A DNA stretch of 61,685 nucleotides from Candidatus Pacearchaeota archaeon CG10_big_fil_rev_8_21_14_0_10_34_76. GTDB taxonomy: Archaea > Nanobdellota > Nanobdellia > Pacearchaeales > GW2011-AR1. A model generated the notes under the pieces. That model searched no databases. It had not been told where the DNA came from and was given only the letters and a program-made list of their open reading frames with translations. Made by a program: the position numbers and the translations under genes. This document shows, piece by piece, positions 1-10,263 of the stretch. Each line of letters opens with the position of its first letter. Position 1 is the first letter of the stretch. The DNA lies in assembly GCA_002763075.1 (NCBI GenBank), contig PFDB01000002.1, positions 128,286-189,970 on the forward strand, written 5' to 3'.

Positions 1-238
1 ATAAAAAAAATGAGTATAATGTAGCTGAAATGAAAAATGACAGGTTCTTTATCAATCCTGGATTTTTCAAGATAGGAAGCCCGATCTTTTTTTTACATTT
101 TGAATTTTTCTGGGTCAGAACAGTTACATTTTCAATCCGAGAGCTTATTTCATAAATATGTGTTTCGCTCCCTCCTTCTAACGGAGGTGTCAACCCAATC
201 ATCAATGTTCTTGGCTCACCTTGATTTTGTTTTTTCAT
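1..238 (-). CDS. Glycosyltransferase family 4, N-terminal part (runs off window start)
   Basis: Own translation from ATG at 238: MKKQNQGEPRTLMIGLTPPLEGGSETHIYEIS..., open to position 1. The GGxE(T)H motif is typical of GT4 N-termini and the gene sits in a glycan cluster. Confidence 0.7.
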   Translation of the reverse strand, partial: MKKQNQGEPRTLMIGLTPPLEGGSETHIYEISSRIENVTVLTQKNSKCKKKIGLPILKNPGLIKNLSFFISATLYSFFL

Positions 239-1208
239 ATATTCTCCTTAATAATTTTGATTTTTTTGATAGATTCCTTAAGGATGCATAAAAAAGACTT
301 GTAGAAAAAATTAGTTGTGGAGTTATCTTGCCTCCAAATCTTTCCTTAAATTTATTTATATTGTATAACTTATCTCCCTTTCTTGCATCAACATCGTACC
401 CTCCAAAATCAAAATATTTCATTCCAGAACTCTTGCTATATAATATGAGGTTCCAATAAAGGAATGGCATTGTTTGCAGCTTTAATCCTTTTTCTGTACA
501 GGACGTCAGATTTAATATAGAATATTCCTTGTTAACATCCAGAAGAATAAGTCCCCCTCCCAAAATTTTGTTCTTCAATTTTATGAGAAATAGCTTTCCT
601 GTCCCTTCCTCAATTAACTTTTTCAGGAATTCTTTTTTTTCCGGCTGAAATCTTCCTTCTTCTGCCGTTTTTTTATACAGCTCATAAAAACTGTTTATCT
701 CATTAGGTTCCATTGGCTCTGTAAAAGAAAGTCCATTTCTTTTTGCATAATTCACTCCCCACCTAATTGACTTTTTCTCCATGTTACTGAATAATGCAGA
801 TTCACTCAGAGATAAATCTAACATTGATGTATGGCTTGTTGTTTTATGAAATCCGCCTTTGATAAATTCATTTTCTTCAGGAGATATAACATTCGCATAA
901 CATTCTCCATATGCGTAATCTCTTGAGGTTTTTTTGAACATCTTTAAAACCCTGACTGAAACTGATTTATCTAAAACGATTGGACTTCCTTCTGCAAGAA
1001 GTATCTTCTTTTTTCCTAGAAATGGGAAGTTTTTTGTTTTCTCAAATGCTACAATTCCTCCTGAAATGATTCCGTTTTCTTCAATTAATGTGAATATTGG
1101 TTTTTGGCCTGCTGACTCTCTGGATTTTATCCAACCGATGCTTTGATATGTGCTTCCATTGGAAGCCTTCCAGATTTTCTGCCATTGTTTCTCTAATTTT
1201 TTATCCAT
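216..1208 (-). CDS. FemAB/FemX-like GNAT-fold protein
   Basis: Motifs LDLSLSESALFSNMEKKSIRW, FYELYKKT, YFDFGG and NKFKERFGG are typical of the FemAB family. Confidence 0.75.
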   Translation of the reverse strand: MDKKLEKQWQKIWKASNGSTYQSIGWIKSRESAGQKPIFTLIEENGIISGGIVAFEKTKNFPFLGKKKILLAEGSPIVLDKSVSVRVLKMFKKTSRDYAYGECYANVISPEENEFIKGGFHKTTSHTSMLDLSLSESALFSNMEKKSIRWGVNYAKRNGLSFTEPMEPNEINSFYELYKKTAEEGRFQPEKKEFLKKLIEEGTGKLFLIKLKNKILGGGLILLDVNKEYSILNLTSCTEKGLKLQTMPFLYWNLILYSKSSGMKYFDFGGYDVDARKGDKLYNINKFKERFGGKITPQLIFSTSLFYASLRNLSKKSKLLRRIYEKTKSR

Positions 1209-2361
1209 TTTTTTCTAGCCTTCTAAGTAATTTAAGATATTTGCCATAGATAATATCTTCTGAGAAATCTCTTTCTATTATCTTTCTTGCTAGAATTGAC
1301 CTTTTTTTTCTATATTCTTTGTCATTTATCAGTTTTTTTAACTCGTCTATTGCCTCTGTTTTTTTCATTGTGAAGAAGCCATATTCTTCCTTGCCTTCAT
1401 TCAATGCGACTATTGGAATCCCGCATGCAGCTGCTTCTGTTGTAGAACGAGAGACATTTCTTTGCTGTTCTACTTGCAAGAATATATCCATTTTTTGAAG
1501 AAAAAAAGGAAGATTATTATTATCTATCCTGTTGAGATATTTTGCATTATTTATCATTAAATTAGACTTCAGCCTCTCAAAATAATTTTTCTCGAAAGAG
1601 GGGTCAAGAGGACCTACCCAAAAAAACTCAGTATTCTTATTTCCTCTTGATGCTTTCTGGAAAATTTTGAGAGCTATTTCCGGATGTTTTATTGGGGCTA
1701 ATCTTCCAACATACGCAATAGAAATTTTGTTCTTTTTCTTAGATTTTTTTAAGGGTTTGAATAACTTTGTATCTACGCCATGGGGGATTGTAAATATCTG
1801 AGCACCATTACGTTTTTTGGAATTCATGAATTCATGTTCTGAAGAATTTACTGGAATCATAACGTCTGGCAGTTTCAATGTTAAATTATTATAAATTTTT
1901 ATCAGGAAAATGAAAAACTTGGAGTAAAGATTTCTGCCACGCTCTTTGAAAACCTCCTTGCTCATGGTTTCGTACATAAGAGCTCCCCCTCTACAAATTA
2001 TTTTTGTACCTAAAAATTTAACAAAAATTGTAGAGGCCAGTTCTGTCTCGCCGACAATCAGGGCATTTATTTTTTCTGATTTTGCTAATTTATATAAATA
2101 TTTAGCCGTGACAAAAAGGCGCAAAGAATAAGCTATTGGGTTAAACCTCTTACCCCTTTTCCTAGAAGGAGTGTATCTAACTTTAATAACTCCCCTACCA
2201 AAATGAATGTCTTCATCATCGCATTTTTCATCCTCAAATCTATGTGCTAAAACCACCACATTATGTCCTCTTCTTGCTAACCAGTGAGAAAGAGTTTTGA
2301 CAAATAGATCTGTGCCACCCTTATCATAATGCCATGATCCAACTTGAAACATTATATTCAT
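1201..2361 (-). CDS. Glycosyltransferase family 4
   Basis: GGTD N-terminal motif, IPHGVDTKLF, YVGRLAPIK, EAAACGIPIV. Confidence 0.9.
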   Translation of the reverse strand: MNIMFQVGSWHYDKGGTDLFVKTLSHWLARRGHNVVVLAHRFEDEKCDDEDIHFGRGVIKVRYTPSRKRGKRFNPIAYSLRLFVTAKYLYKLAKSEKINALIVGETELASTIFVKFLGTKIICRGGALMYETMSKEVFKERGRNLYSKFFIFLIKIYNNLTLKLPDVMIPVNSSEHEFMNSKKRNGAQIFTIPHGVDTKLFKPLKKSKKKNKISIAYVGRLAPIKHPEIALKIFQKASRGNKNTEFFWVGPLDPSFEKNYFERLKSNLMINNAKYLNRIDNNNLPFFLQKMDIFLQVEQQRNVSRSTTEAAACGIPIVALNEGKEEYGFFTMKKTEAIDELKKLINDKEYRKKRSILARKIIERDFSEDIIYGKYLKLLRRLEKNG

Positions 2362-2391
2362 AAAATCTGAATGAGATTATAATTTAAAATA

Positions 2392-3054
2392 CTATGGTTT
2401 TCTTGCGATTATTAAGCCTGCTCTCCAGAAAAATGGCTTTGTTTCTAGAATTTTATAGTGATTGTTTCTTAAAACAACTAGAATATCTGCTGTTGAAACC
2501 TTGTGACAAAGATCTTCATCATTTCCAAAGACATTCTTACTTAAATTCGGCCTGGTTATTTCAAACCTTGTTTTTTTGGTAATTAATGTTAAAAGTTGTT
2601 TGAGCTTATTCTGGCGATTTGGATAACGCAAGAAAAGAAGGCCGCGAGGCCTTAGAACTTTATTGATCTCGAACAACATTTTTCTTGGTTCTAGGACGTG
2701 CTCAATTGTCTCAGCACTTATAACTACATCGAAACTATTTTTGGGGAAATCTAAGTGGGTGACATCCATAACTCTAAATTTTGCTTTTTTAGCCTTGTTT
2801 GCTTCCCTTACAAATAATGGGGAAATATCTACTCCAGTTACGACATAACCCTTAGTTGAAAGAAAATTTGCAACTTGCCCTGCTCCAGAACCTAAATCCA
2901 ATATCTTAGCGCCCTTGGGAGCCATTTGGAGTATTTTGTTTAAGTATTTAGAATAAACTGAAATATCATGTTTTTTCAGCTGGGCTAAATAGGGCTTGGA
3001 ACTTGAGTAAAATTCCTTCATTGATTTCTTAATCTTTTTTACGTCCACCTTCAT
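2392..3054 (-). CDS. Class I SAM-dependent methyltransferase
   Basis: ILDLGSGAG, GVDIS, FDVVISAETIEHV. Confidence 0.9.
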   Translation of the reverse strand: MKVDVKKIKKSMKEFYSSSKPYLAQLKKHDISVYSKYLNKILQMAPKGAKILDLGSGAGQVANFLSTKGYVVTGVDISPLFVREANKAKKAKFRVMDVTHLDFPKNSFDVVISAETIEHVLEPRKMLFEINKVLRPRGLLFLRYPNRQNKLKQLLTLITKKTRFEITRPNLSKNVFGNDEDLCHKVSTADILVVLRNNHYKILETKPFFWRAGLIIARKP

Positions 3055-4678
3055 CGTTAGTTAATTTATTTATTATTTTATAAATCCTTTCAGTCGCCTT
3101 GCCATCCAGATTATAATAATACTTCCTTAGAAACCTTGCCCCGTTGTCTAATAATGGTTTGAGAATATTATTATCCTTCAGGATTTTTTGTATAAACTCT
3201 GTGGCTTGTTTTTTATTATTAAACTCTATGGCTGCATTTTCTTTTGTCCAAGGTAATGTTCCGAGAGAGTTTGGAAAATTAAAAATAAAAACTGGCTTCT
3301 TAAACATCATTGCTTCCAATGCAACAGTAGAACTGAGAGTAATAAAATAGTCACATGAAGTTAATGCTTCAAAGGTATCTAACTTCTTATCCAAAATAAC
3401 TGCATTTATTTTATTCTCTTTTATTCTATGCTTATAGAATGATATGTCTTTTTCAGCAGGGTGTGGTTTTATTATTATTTGTATTTGCTTAAATTTCTTT
3501 AACACATCCATAGTACCATTAAAGTATTTGTCTCTCAAAATGTCTATAAGTGGCTGTGTGGCAATCAAAAATATTTTTTTGTCTTTGTCAATGCCGTATT
3601 TCTCTATAAATTTCTCTCTTAAATCTGGCATTAGATAATTCTTAATCTTATCATATCTGGGCTGTCCAACTACTTCAATCATTTTCTTATTATATTTTAA
3701 CTCTTTAACCAGAATATTTTTCACTTCTGGTCCAAAAACACAAAAAACATCTGGAAATGTTTTGTTTTCCTTATTTTCACCGAGTTGAAAGTAGCCTTCA
3801 TGCAATTTGTAGACGACCCCATGCTGCAACGCAATAGTCTTGATTCCCTTCTCTCTTGCAGCATAAATTAAAATTTGCTCCCATCCTCCCCGTTCATTCT
3901 GCAATAAAATTGCTTCTGGATGGACTTTATTTAAAAAATTCCTGGACATCTCAAGCAATTTCATTTTTCTTGGCAGAACAACTTGAAAATAATAATCAAA
4001 AAAATTCATTAATCTCTCGCCTAAAATATCTCCTTTTTCATAAAGAATCTTATGCAAATCACTACTTCCTTTGATTTTTCTCCAAATCTTTCTAAAATGT
4101 CTTCTTGCTCTAAATTGTTTAATTAATACATTTAAATTCCAGAAAGATTCGATTGAAGCGTAGGGAGAATCAGGTCTTTTTACTCTTCTGTTAAATAAAT
4201 TCAAGAAAGATTCAAGAGAACGTGTCTGCAATATCTGTAATTCCCCAATTGAAAGTGTTGATTTTCCGAATTTTTGGTTTTCTTTAATTAAAGAATCAAA
4301 AAAATCATCAACTTTTTCATAATTTTTTGTTTCTGGATTATATACATCCTTCCAATATCTGTCCATTGTTACAAAAGTTACTGGATCTTTCTTCTTTTTG
4401 TAGCTGGAATAAACTATCATTCCAATAAAACCATTTAAGAAATCAATTAACAATTCAATTTTTGGAAAAATATTCATCCTAAGATTCAATTCTTTTTTAG
4501 GGAGGGGGACTTTCCTTTGATACTGGTTCATCTCCTGACAGACGCCTATGATGCAAAACCACCATAAATTTATTCCATTATATTCAAAGTAATCATATAA
4601 CTTTTTTCCACTTACTTCTTTATCCTTTAACTTGTGTGCCCAAGTAAAAAAACTCTCTTTAATTTCTTTCTCATTCAT
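3029..4678 (-). CDS. GT-B fold surface-carbohydrate transferase (TagF/KpsS-like); candidate nonulosonic acid transferase
   Basis: ALQHG, VVGQPRYD, IIIKPHP, SSTVALEAMMFKKPV, DGKATERI. Divergently transcribed from the pse operon. Confidence 0.65.
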   Translation of the reverse strand: MNEKEIKESFFTWAHKLKDKEVSGKKLYDYFEYNGINLWWFCIIGVCQEMNQYQRKVPLPKKELNLRMNIFPKIELLIDFLNGFIGMIVYSSYKKKKDPVTFVTMDRYWKDVYNPETKNYEKVDDFFDSLIKENQKFGKSTLSIGELQILQTRSLESFLNLFNRRVKRPDSPYASIESFWNLNVLIKQFRARRHFRKIWRKIKGSSDLHKILYEKGDILGERLMNFFDYYFQVVLPRKMKLLEMSRNFLNKVHPEAILLQNERGGWEQILIYAAREKGIKTIALQHGVVYKLHEGYFQLGENKENKTFPDVFCVFGPEVKNILVKELKYNKKMIEVVGQPRYDKIKNYLMPDLREKFIEKYGIDKDKKIFLIATQPLIDILRDKYFNGTMDVLKKFKQIQIIIKPHPAEKDISFYKHRIKENKINAVILDKKLDTFEALTSCDYFITLSSTVALEAMMFKKPVFIFNFPNSLGTLPWTKENAAIEFNNKKQATEFIQKILKDNNILKPLLDNGARFLRKYYYNLDGKATERIYKIINKLTNDEGGRKKD

Positions 4679-4917
4679 CCCTGTACCACCCCGGAAAATT
4701 TCCGATAGGATATTTTATTTTAAAGACCTTATGCGAAGACCTTACAAGTTCAACCATCTTTCCAATGAGCCGTGGAATCTTTAATAGTTATGCTTTTATT
4801 TATCCCCACCTAATTAATTTGGTATTTAGGATAAATAAACTTAACCTCTGTAGCACATAAGCGCTGTATGCCAAAGGCCATCGTTAAACTTAAATACCTC
4901 CAGCGTTAAAATTTGAC

Positions 4918-5940
4918 ATGGAAGAGATATTCAAGGATAAGACTGTTTTGATTACAGGTGGGACAGGTTTTATAGGTCGCCATCTTATTAAAGATATTTT
5001 AAAGTTTAATCCTAAAAGTATTCGTGTTTTGAGCAGAGATGAACTTAAGCACTATGATTTAAAGCAGGTTTTTACTGATGTTAAAGTTAAAAGTTTTATA
5101 GGAGATGTTAGAGATTATGAAAGATTAAAAAGAGCTATGAATGGGTGCGATATAGTCATCCATGCTGCAGCACTTAAAAGAATTGATCTTATTGAGTACA
5201 ATACTGAAGAATGTATTAAAACAAATATACTGGGCACACTGAATGTTGTTCATGCTTGTCTTGAAACTGGAGTCTCCAAGGCAGTTTATATCTCTACAGA
5301 TAAGGCATGTTTACCAGTAAACACTTATGGTGCTTCAAAATTTTTGGGAGAGAGAATATTCATTGAGAGCAATTATAGCAAAGGAGATCATAAAACTTTA
5401 TTTGTGTGTGTAAGATATGGAAATGTTTTGGAAAGCACTGGATCTCTAATACCCATGATCAGGGAGAAAATTATTAAGAATGAAGATTTAACTATCACTG
5501 ATCATAAAATGACCAGATTCTTTATCACACCGGCCAAGGCAATAGCCCTTATCTTTAATTCTCTAAAATATGGTGTAGGCGGAGAAATATTTATTCCAAA
5601 GCCTGATGGGTTTAAGATTATAGATGTTATACAGGCGATAAAAGATTTATATAAATATGACAAGGAAATTAAAACTGTAGGAATTAGGCCTGGTGAAAAG
5701 ATTCATGAAGTTTTAGTTAATTCACAAGAAGTGCCAAGAACATTAGATATGGGGGAGTTTTTTGTCATAACTTCTCAGATAGAGAGGTACCAAAGTAATA
5801 TTAAGCACTCGTACTTATTGGGCAAACCTTCTGTTAATTATCAAGAATATACTTCAAATGACAATCTTCTTTCTATAGATGCTCTGAAGAACAGATTAGC
5901 TGAAATAGGGGTTGATGCAATCAATACACACAATGATTGA
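4918..5940 (+). CDS. pseB: UDP-N-acetylglucosamine 4,6-dehydratase (inverting)
   Basis: ITGGTGFIG, SRDELK, GDVRD, HAAALK, STDKA, YGASK, VRYGNV, GIRPGEKIHE. Confidence 0.85.
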   Translation: MEEIFKDKTVLITGGTGFIGRHLIKDILKFNPKSIRVLSRDELKHYDLKQVFTDVKVKSFIGDVRDYERLKRAMNGCDIVIHAAALKRIDLIEYNTEECIKTNILGTLNVVHACLETGVSKAVYISTDKACLPVNTYGASKFLGERIFIESNYSKGDHKTLFVCVRYGNVLESTGSLIPMIREKIIKNEDLTITDHKMTRFFITPAKAIALIFNSLKYGVGGEIFIPKPDGFKIIDVIQAIKDLYKYDKEIKTVGIRPGEKIHEVLVNSQEVPRTLDMGEFFVITSQIERYQSNIKHSYLLGKPSVNYQEYTSNDNLLSIDALKNRLAEIGVDAINTHND

Positions 5941-6610
5941 AAAAACACCACAAATGGAAAACTGGGCAGGGGAATTTGGTAAGGACTACACAGACAGAAA
6001 TCCCATTACAATTGAACAGCTCAATGCACTTTATGTTCAAAACCTTGGGATCACAAGGGACAAAATCAACGAGCTGTTTTTTAAAGATCTTCAAGTAGGC
6101 TCGGTGTTGGAGGTCGGCTCAAATGTAGGTGTTCAGTTAATTTCCCTTCATGATAAATTGGGACTTAGAAATCTTTATGGAGTTGAGATTCAAAACTATG
6201 CGGTGGATAAGTCCAAAGAGCTAACCAAGGGAAAAGACATTCATAATATAACTGGCTCAGCATTAAATCTTCCATTTAAAGATAAATCCTTTGACTTGGT
6301 AATGACAAATGGAGTTCTAATTCATATTTCTCCAGAAGATATTAATAAAGTAATGGAGGAAATCCATAGATGTGCAAAAAAGTATATTTTTGGTTATGAA
6401 TACTTTGCTGAGGATTACATGGGGGTTGATTACAGAGGTAACAAGAATCTTTTATGGAAAACAAATTTTGCAAAGCTATTTTTAGATAATTTCCCTGACT
6501 TAAGTTTAGTGAAGGAGGATAAATATCCTTATCTATCGGATTCTTCTTTGAAAGATCAAGCATTTTTATTAGTTAAAGATGAAAATACCTTACGGAAAAC
6601 AAACAATTGA
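5933..6610 (+). CDS. Pseudaminic acid biosynthesis-associated methylase
   Basis: N-terminal WAGEFGKDYTDRN, LEVGSNVG, FDLVMTNGVLIH, LLWKTNFA. Lies between pseB and pseC. Start uncertain (5915 or 5933). Confidence 0.8.
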   Translation: MIEKTPQMENWAGEFGKDYTDRNPITIEQLNALYVQNLGITRDKINELFFKDLQVGSVLEVGSNVGVQLISLHDKLGLRNLYGVEIQNYAVDKSKELTKGKDIHNITGSALNLPFKDKSFDLVMTNGVLIHISPEDINKVMEEIHRCAKKYIFGYEYFAEDYMGVDYRGNKNLLWKTNFAKLFLDNFPDLSLVKEDKYPYLSDSSLKDQAFLLVKDENTLRKTNN

Positions 6611-7733
6611 CAAAGAGGATGTTCTGGCAGTTATAGGAGTGTTAGAGAGTGATTTCCTGACGACTGGGCCAAAAGTGAAGGAATTTGAAGAATCCTTTGC
6701 GGCTGCCGTTGGGGCAAAATATGCAGTAGCAGTTTCAAGCGGTACTGCTGCCCTTCATCTGGCATGTATGGCTATTGGTTTAAAAGAATCAGATGAAGTT
6801 ATAACTTCACCAATGACTTTTGTTGCATCTTCAAATTGTGTATTATATTGTAACGCAAAACCTGTTTTTGTAGATATTACTAAAAACGGCTTAATTGACA
6901 ATGAGAAAATAGAAGAAAAAATAACTTCAAAAACAAAAGCAATTATTCCTGTTCATTATTCCGGTTTAATCTGCGATATGAGCGAGATAAACAGAGTTGC
7001 CAAGAAACACAAATTATATGTAATTGAAGATGCCTGTCATGCCCTTGGAGCAAAATACGAGAATTCTAAGGCTGGAGACTGCGAGTATTCTGACTTAGCA
7101 ATATTTAGCTTTCATCCAGTTAAACATATTACAACTGCGGAAGGAGGGATGATAACAACTAATTCTAAGCAGCTGTATGAAAAATTGTTGATGCTTAGAA
7201 CTCATGGGATTACCAGAGACCAAAATAAATTAATAAAAAATAACCCTGAGCCATGGTACTATGAAATGCAGGAGCTTGGGTATAATTACAGGATAACTGA
7301 TGTTCAGTGTGCTTTGGGTGCATCTCAACTAAAAAAACTGCCAAAATTTATAGAATTGAGAAGAGATATTGCTAAAAAATACAACTCTTTTTTTAAAGAC
7401 CTAAAAGATATAACCATATTAAAGGAAAAGGAAAATCAATTTAATTCATATCATTTATATTTAATAAAAGTTAAAAATGAAGAAACGAGACTAAAACTAT
7501 TTAATTACCTACATGAAAAAGGAATTTTTTGTCAGGTGCATTATATTCCAGTTTATTGGCAACCATATTATAAAAAAATAGGATATTCTGTCGGAATTTG
7601 TCCCAATGCTGAAGAATTTTATAAGAGAATTATCAGTCTGCCAATTTATCCAGGATTAACAAGAGAAGAGCAAGAATATGTTATAGATAAAATAAGAGAA
7701 TTTATAATTAAAAGTCAAAAGAATACCATCTAA
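6579..7733 (+). CDS. pseC: UDP-4-amino-4,6-dideoxy-N-acetyl-beta-L-altrosamine transaminase (DegT family, PLP)
   Basis: IPYGKQ start, SSGTAALH, IEDACHALG, FSFHPVKHITTAEGG, QVHYIP. Confidence 0.9.
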   Translation: MKIPYGKQTIDKEDVLAVIGVLESDFLTTGPKVKEFEESFAAAVGAKYAVAVSSGTAALHLACMAIGLKESDEVITSPMTFVASSNCVLYCNAKPVFVDITKNGLIDNEKIEEKITSKTKAIIPVHYSGLICDMSEINRVAKKHKLYVIEDACHALGAKYENSKAGDCEYSDLAIFSFHPVKHITTAEGGMITTNSKQLYEKLLMLRTHGITRDQNKLIKNNPEPWYYEMQELGYNYRITDVQCALGASQLKKLPKFIELRRDIAKKYNSFFKDLKDITILKEKENQFNSYHLYLIKVKNEETRLKLFNYLHEKGIFCQVHYIPVYWQPYYKKIGYSVGICPNAEEFYKRIISLPIYPGLTREEQEYVIDKIREFIIKSQKNTI

Positions 7734-7788
7734 TCCAATGTTTTATTTGATTAGATAAAAATATAAATCTCGCCTTCGGTATAAAACT

Positions 7789-8550
7789 ATGAAACAGAGC
7801 ATTATTATACAAGCAAGAATGAGTTCTACCAGACTTCCAGGTAAAGTTATGCTCAACCTGGCTGGAAAGCCAGTTTTACTCCATGTTTATGAGAGATGTA
7901 AGAATGCGAAGGTAGATGATGTTATTATAGCCACTACAACAAACAAAAGTGATGACATAATAGAAGAGTTTTGTAAAAAAAATAATATTCTCTATTTTAG
8001 GGGTTCGGAAGAGGATGTATTGGACAGGTATTACCAATGTGCAAAAAAATTCAAAGTAGACATAATTGTCAGAGTAACTTCGGACTGTCCTCTGATTTCT
8101 TCGGAGATAATAGATGAGGGGATAGAGAAGTTTAGAGCAGAAAAAGTAGATTATTTAACAAATGTCTCTCTTAGAAGTTTTCCTAGAGGACTGGATTTTG
8201 AAGTATTTAGTTTTGATACCTTGGAGAAAGACTATAATTTAGCGAAGAAGAAACACGAGCGGGAGCACGTAACTCCGTTTATTTATAGTAACCCCAGTTT
8301 GTTTAAAATTGGAATTTTTCTGGCTCATGAAAAGATTAGGCGTCCAGATATGAGACTATGTTTAGACACAAAAGAAGATATGGAATTATTAGAGATAATT
8401 TACAAAGAACTGTATAGTGAAGATACTATTCAGTTGGAAAAGGTTATCCAATTTTTAACTAAAAATCCAGACCTCATAAAACTTAATCAAGATAGCGAAA
8501 AAGAACATTTAGAGAGAAGTAAAGAAGTAAAACAGAGTTTTACAAAATAG
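7789..8550 (+). CDS. SpsF-type cytidylyltransferase (CMP-nonulosonate synthetase, PseF-like)
   Basis: IIQARMSSTRLPGK, RGSEEDVLDRY, RVTSDCP, REHVT, RLCLDTKED. Confidence 0.85.
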   Translation: MKQSIIIQARMSSTRLPGKVMLNLAGKPVLLHVYERCKNAKVDDVIIATTTNKSDDIIEEFCKKNNILYFRGSEEDVLDRYYQCAKKFKVDIIVRVTSDCPLISSEIIDEGIEKFRAEKVDYLTNVSLRSFPRGLDFEVFSFDTLEKDYNLAKKKHEREHVTPFIYSNPSLFKIGIFLAHEKIRRPDMRLCLDTKEDMELLEIIYKELYSEDTIQLEKVIQFLTKNPDLIKLNQDSEKEHLERSKEVKQSFTK

Positions 8551-8590
8551 CTTTAGAAACATTTTTATAGCAAATGTATATCGTGATTTA

Positions 8591-9649
8591 ATGAACGAAA
8601 TTGTAATCTCCACACCAAAAGGAAAGAGAAGAATTGGCCCTGGAAATTCAACATTTATAGTTGCTGAGATGTCTGGAAATCATAATCAAAGTTTTGATAA
8701 CGCCTTAAAGATTATAGATGCAGCTGCAGAGTCTGGAGTTGATGCAATAAAATTGCAAACTTATACTCCTGAAACTATGACTATTGACTGTAATAACAAA
8801 TATTTTCAAGTAAATGTAAATGAAGCATGGAGGGGGAAAAGTCTGTATAAATTATATCAAGAGGCATATACTCCATGGGAGTGGCAACCAAAGTTAAAAG
8901 ATTATGCAGAATCAAAAGGAATTTTGTTGTTTTCTACACCATTTGACGAGTCCGCAGTAGATTTTTTAGAGAAAATGAATGTTTCATTGTATAAAATAGC
9001 TTCATTTGAATTAGGACATATACCCTTACTGAAAAAGGTAGGATCTACTAATAAACCAGTTATAATCTCGAGAGGGCTTGCCTCGATAGAAGAAATTAAT
9101 CTGGCAGTTAAAACCTTAAGAGAAGAGGGATGTCCTGCGATAATTATTTTACATTGTGTAAGTTCTTACCCAGCCACAACGGAACAGATGAACATTTCAA
9201 CAATTCAGAATATCTCAAAAAGATTTGATGTTGTGTCTGGTCTTTCTGATCATACGTTAGGACTAACTGCATCCATAACTGCAGTTTCTCTTGGAGCATC
9301 AGTTGTTGAAAAACATTTTACTCTTTCAAGGGTTGAAGGTGGACCGGATGCTTCTTTTTCTTTGGAACCATCAGAAATGAAAGAACTTGTAAATAGTATA
9401 CGTGAGGTTGAGAAGGCAATAGGAAAACCAACTTATGATATTGGAGAGAAAGAAAAGGAAAATTTGATTTTTAAAAGATCAATTTTCGCAGTTAAAGATA
9501 TAAAAAATGGTGAAAAATTCACTAATCTTAATATTAAAATTATTAGGCCAGGATATGGGATTGAGCCAAAATACTATGAGCATTTACTTGGAAAAATTTC
9601 AAATAGAGATATTGAAATGGGAACTCCAATAAAAATGGGGGATTTGTAA
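8591..9649 (+). CDS. pseI: Pseudaminic acid synthase (NeuB family with C-terminal SAF domain)
   Basis: AEMSGNHN, AIKLQTYT, TPWEW, KIASFE, GLSDHT, EKHFTL, IRPGYG. Confidence 0.92.
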   Translation: MNEIVISTPKGKRRIGPGNSTFIVAEMSGNHNQSFDNALKIIDAAAESGVDAIKLQTYTPETMTIDCNNKYFQVNVNEAWRGKSLYKLYQEAYTPWEWQPKLKDYAESKGILLFSTPFDESAVDFLEKMNVSLYKIASFELGHIPLLKKVGSTNKPVIISRGLASIEEINLAVKTLREEGCPAIIILHCVSSYPATTEQMNISTIQNISKRFDVVSGLSDHTLGLTASITAVSLGASVVEKHFTLSRVEGGPDASFSLEPSEMKELVNSIREVEKAIGKPTYDIGEKEKENLIFKRSIFAVKDIKNGEKFTNLNIKIIRPGYGIEPKYYEHLLGKISNRDIEMGTPIKMGDL

Positions 9650-9651
9650 AA

Positions 9652-10263
9652 ATGCCTCCAAAATATAAAGTTGTGGGGTTTCTTGCAAGGCAACATGGAT
9701 TGGAAGGACTGAAATCGATAATGAAATCAGAAAAATATGATCCTTTATGTGTTTTTACTCATAGAATGAATCCTACTTCAGAGAATCCGTCAGGAGAGCA
9801 GAGAGATGATTTTAAAGATTTTGAATCTCTTACGCGGAGCCATGGAATACCTCTTTATGCAGTAGATTCAAAGAACGAGAATAGAATAGTTTATGGAATC
9901 TTCCGAGACTATCCAATAGATCTTATTTTATCAATAAGTTGGCGCAGGCTGATACCTCTGCATCAACTTAGAATGGCCAAATATGGGGGTTTGAATATTC
10001 ACAGAGGGAAATTGCCAGAATATGCAGGAGCATTACCAATTCATCGTGCATTGCGGGATTGTCAGAAAAATCTTTATGTAACTGCACATGTGTTATCTGA
10101 AGAGATAGACGGCGGAGAGATTTTAGATACGATTGTTCATCCAGTGAATTATAATCCTGAAAAGTCTTTAGAAGAAAATATAGAAAGATTGAAAAGAGAA
10201 ATTTCTCCCCATATGGGAGAATTATCTATTAGAGGTTTGGATAAACTGCTTTTACGAAAATGA
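9652..10263 (+). CDS. Formyltransferase (N10-formyl-THF dependent family)
   Basis: LNIHRGKLPEYAG and EEIDGGEI correspond to the formyltransferase N-x-H...LP and D-x-G motifs. Confidence 0.8.
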   Translation: MPPKYKVVGFLARQHGLEGLKSIMKSEKYDPLCVFTHRMNPTSENPSGEQRDDFKDFESLTRSHGIPLYAVDSKNENRIVYGIFRDYPIDLILSISWRRLIPLHQLRMAKYGGLNIHRGKLPEYAGALPIHRALRDCQKNLYVTAHVLSEEIDGGEILDTIVHPVNYNPEKSLEENIERLKREISPHMGELSIRGLDKLLLRK

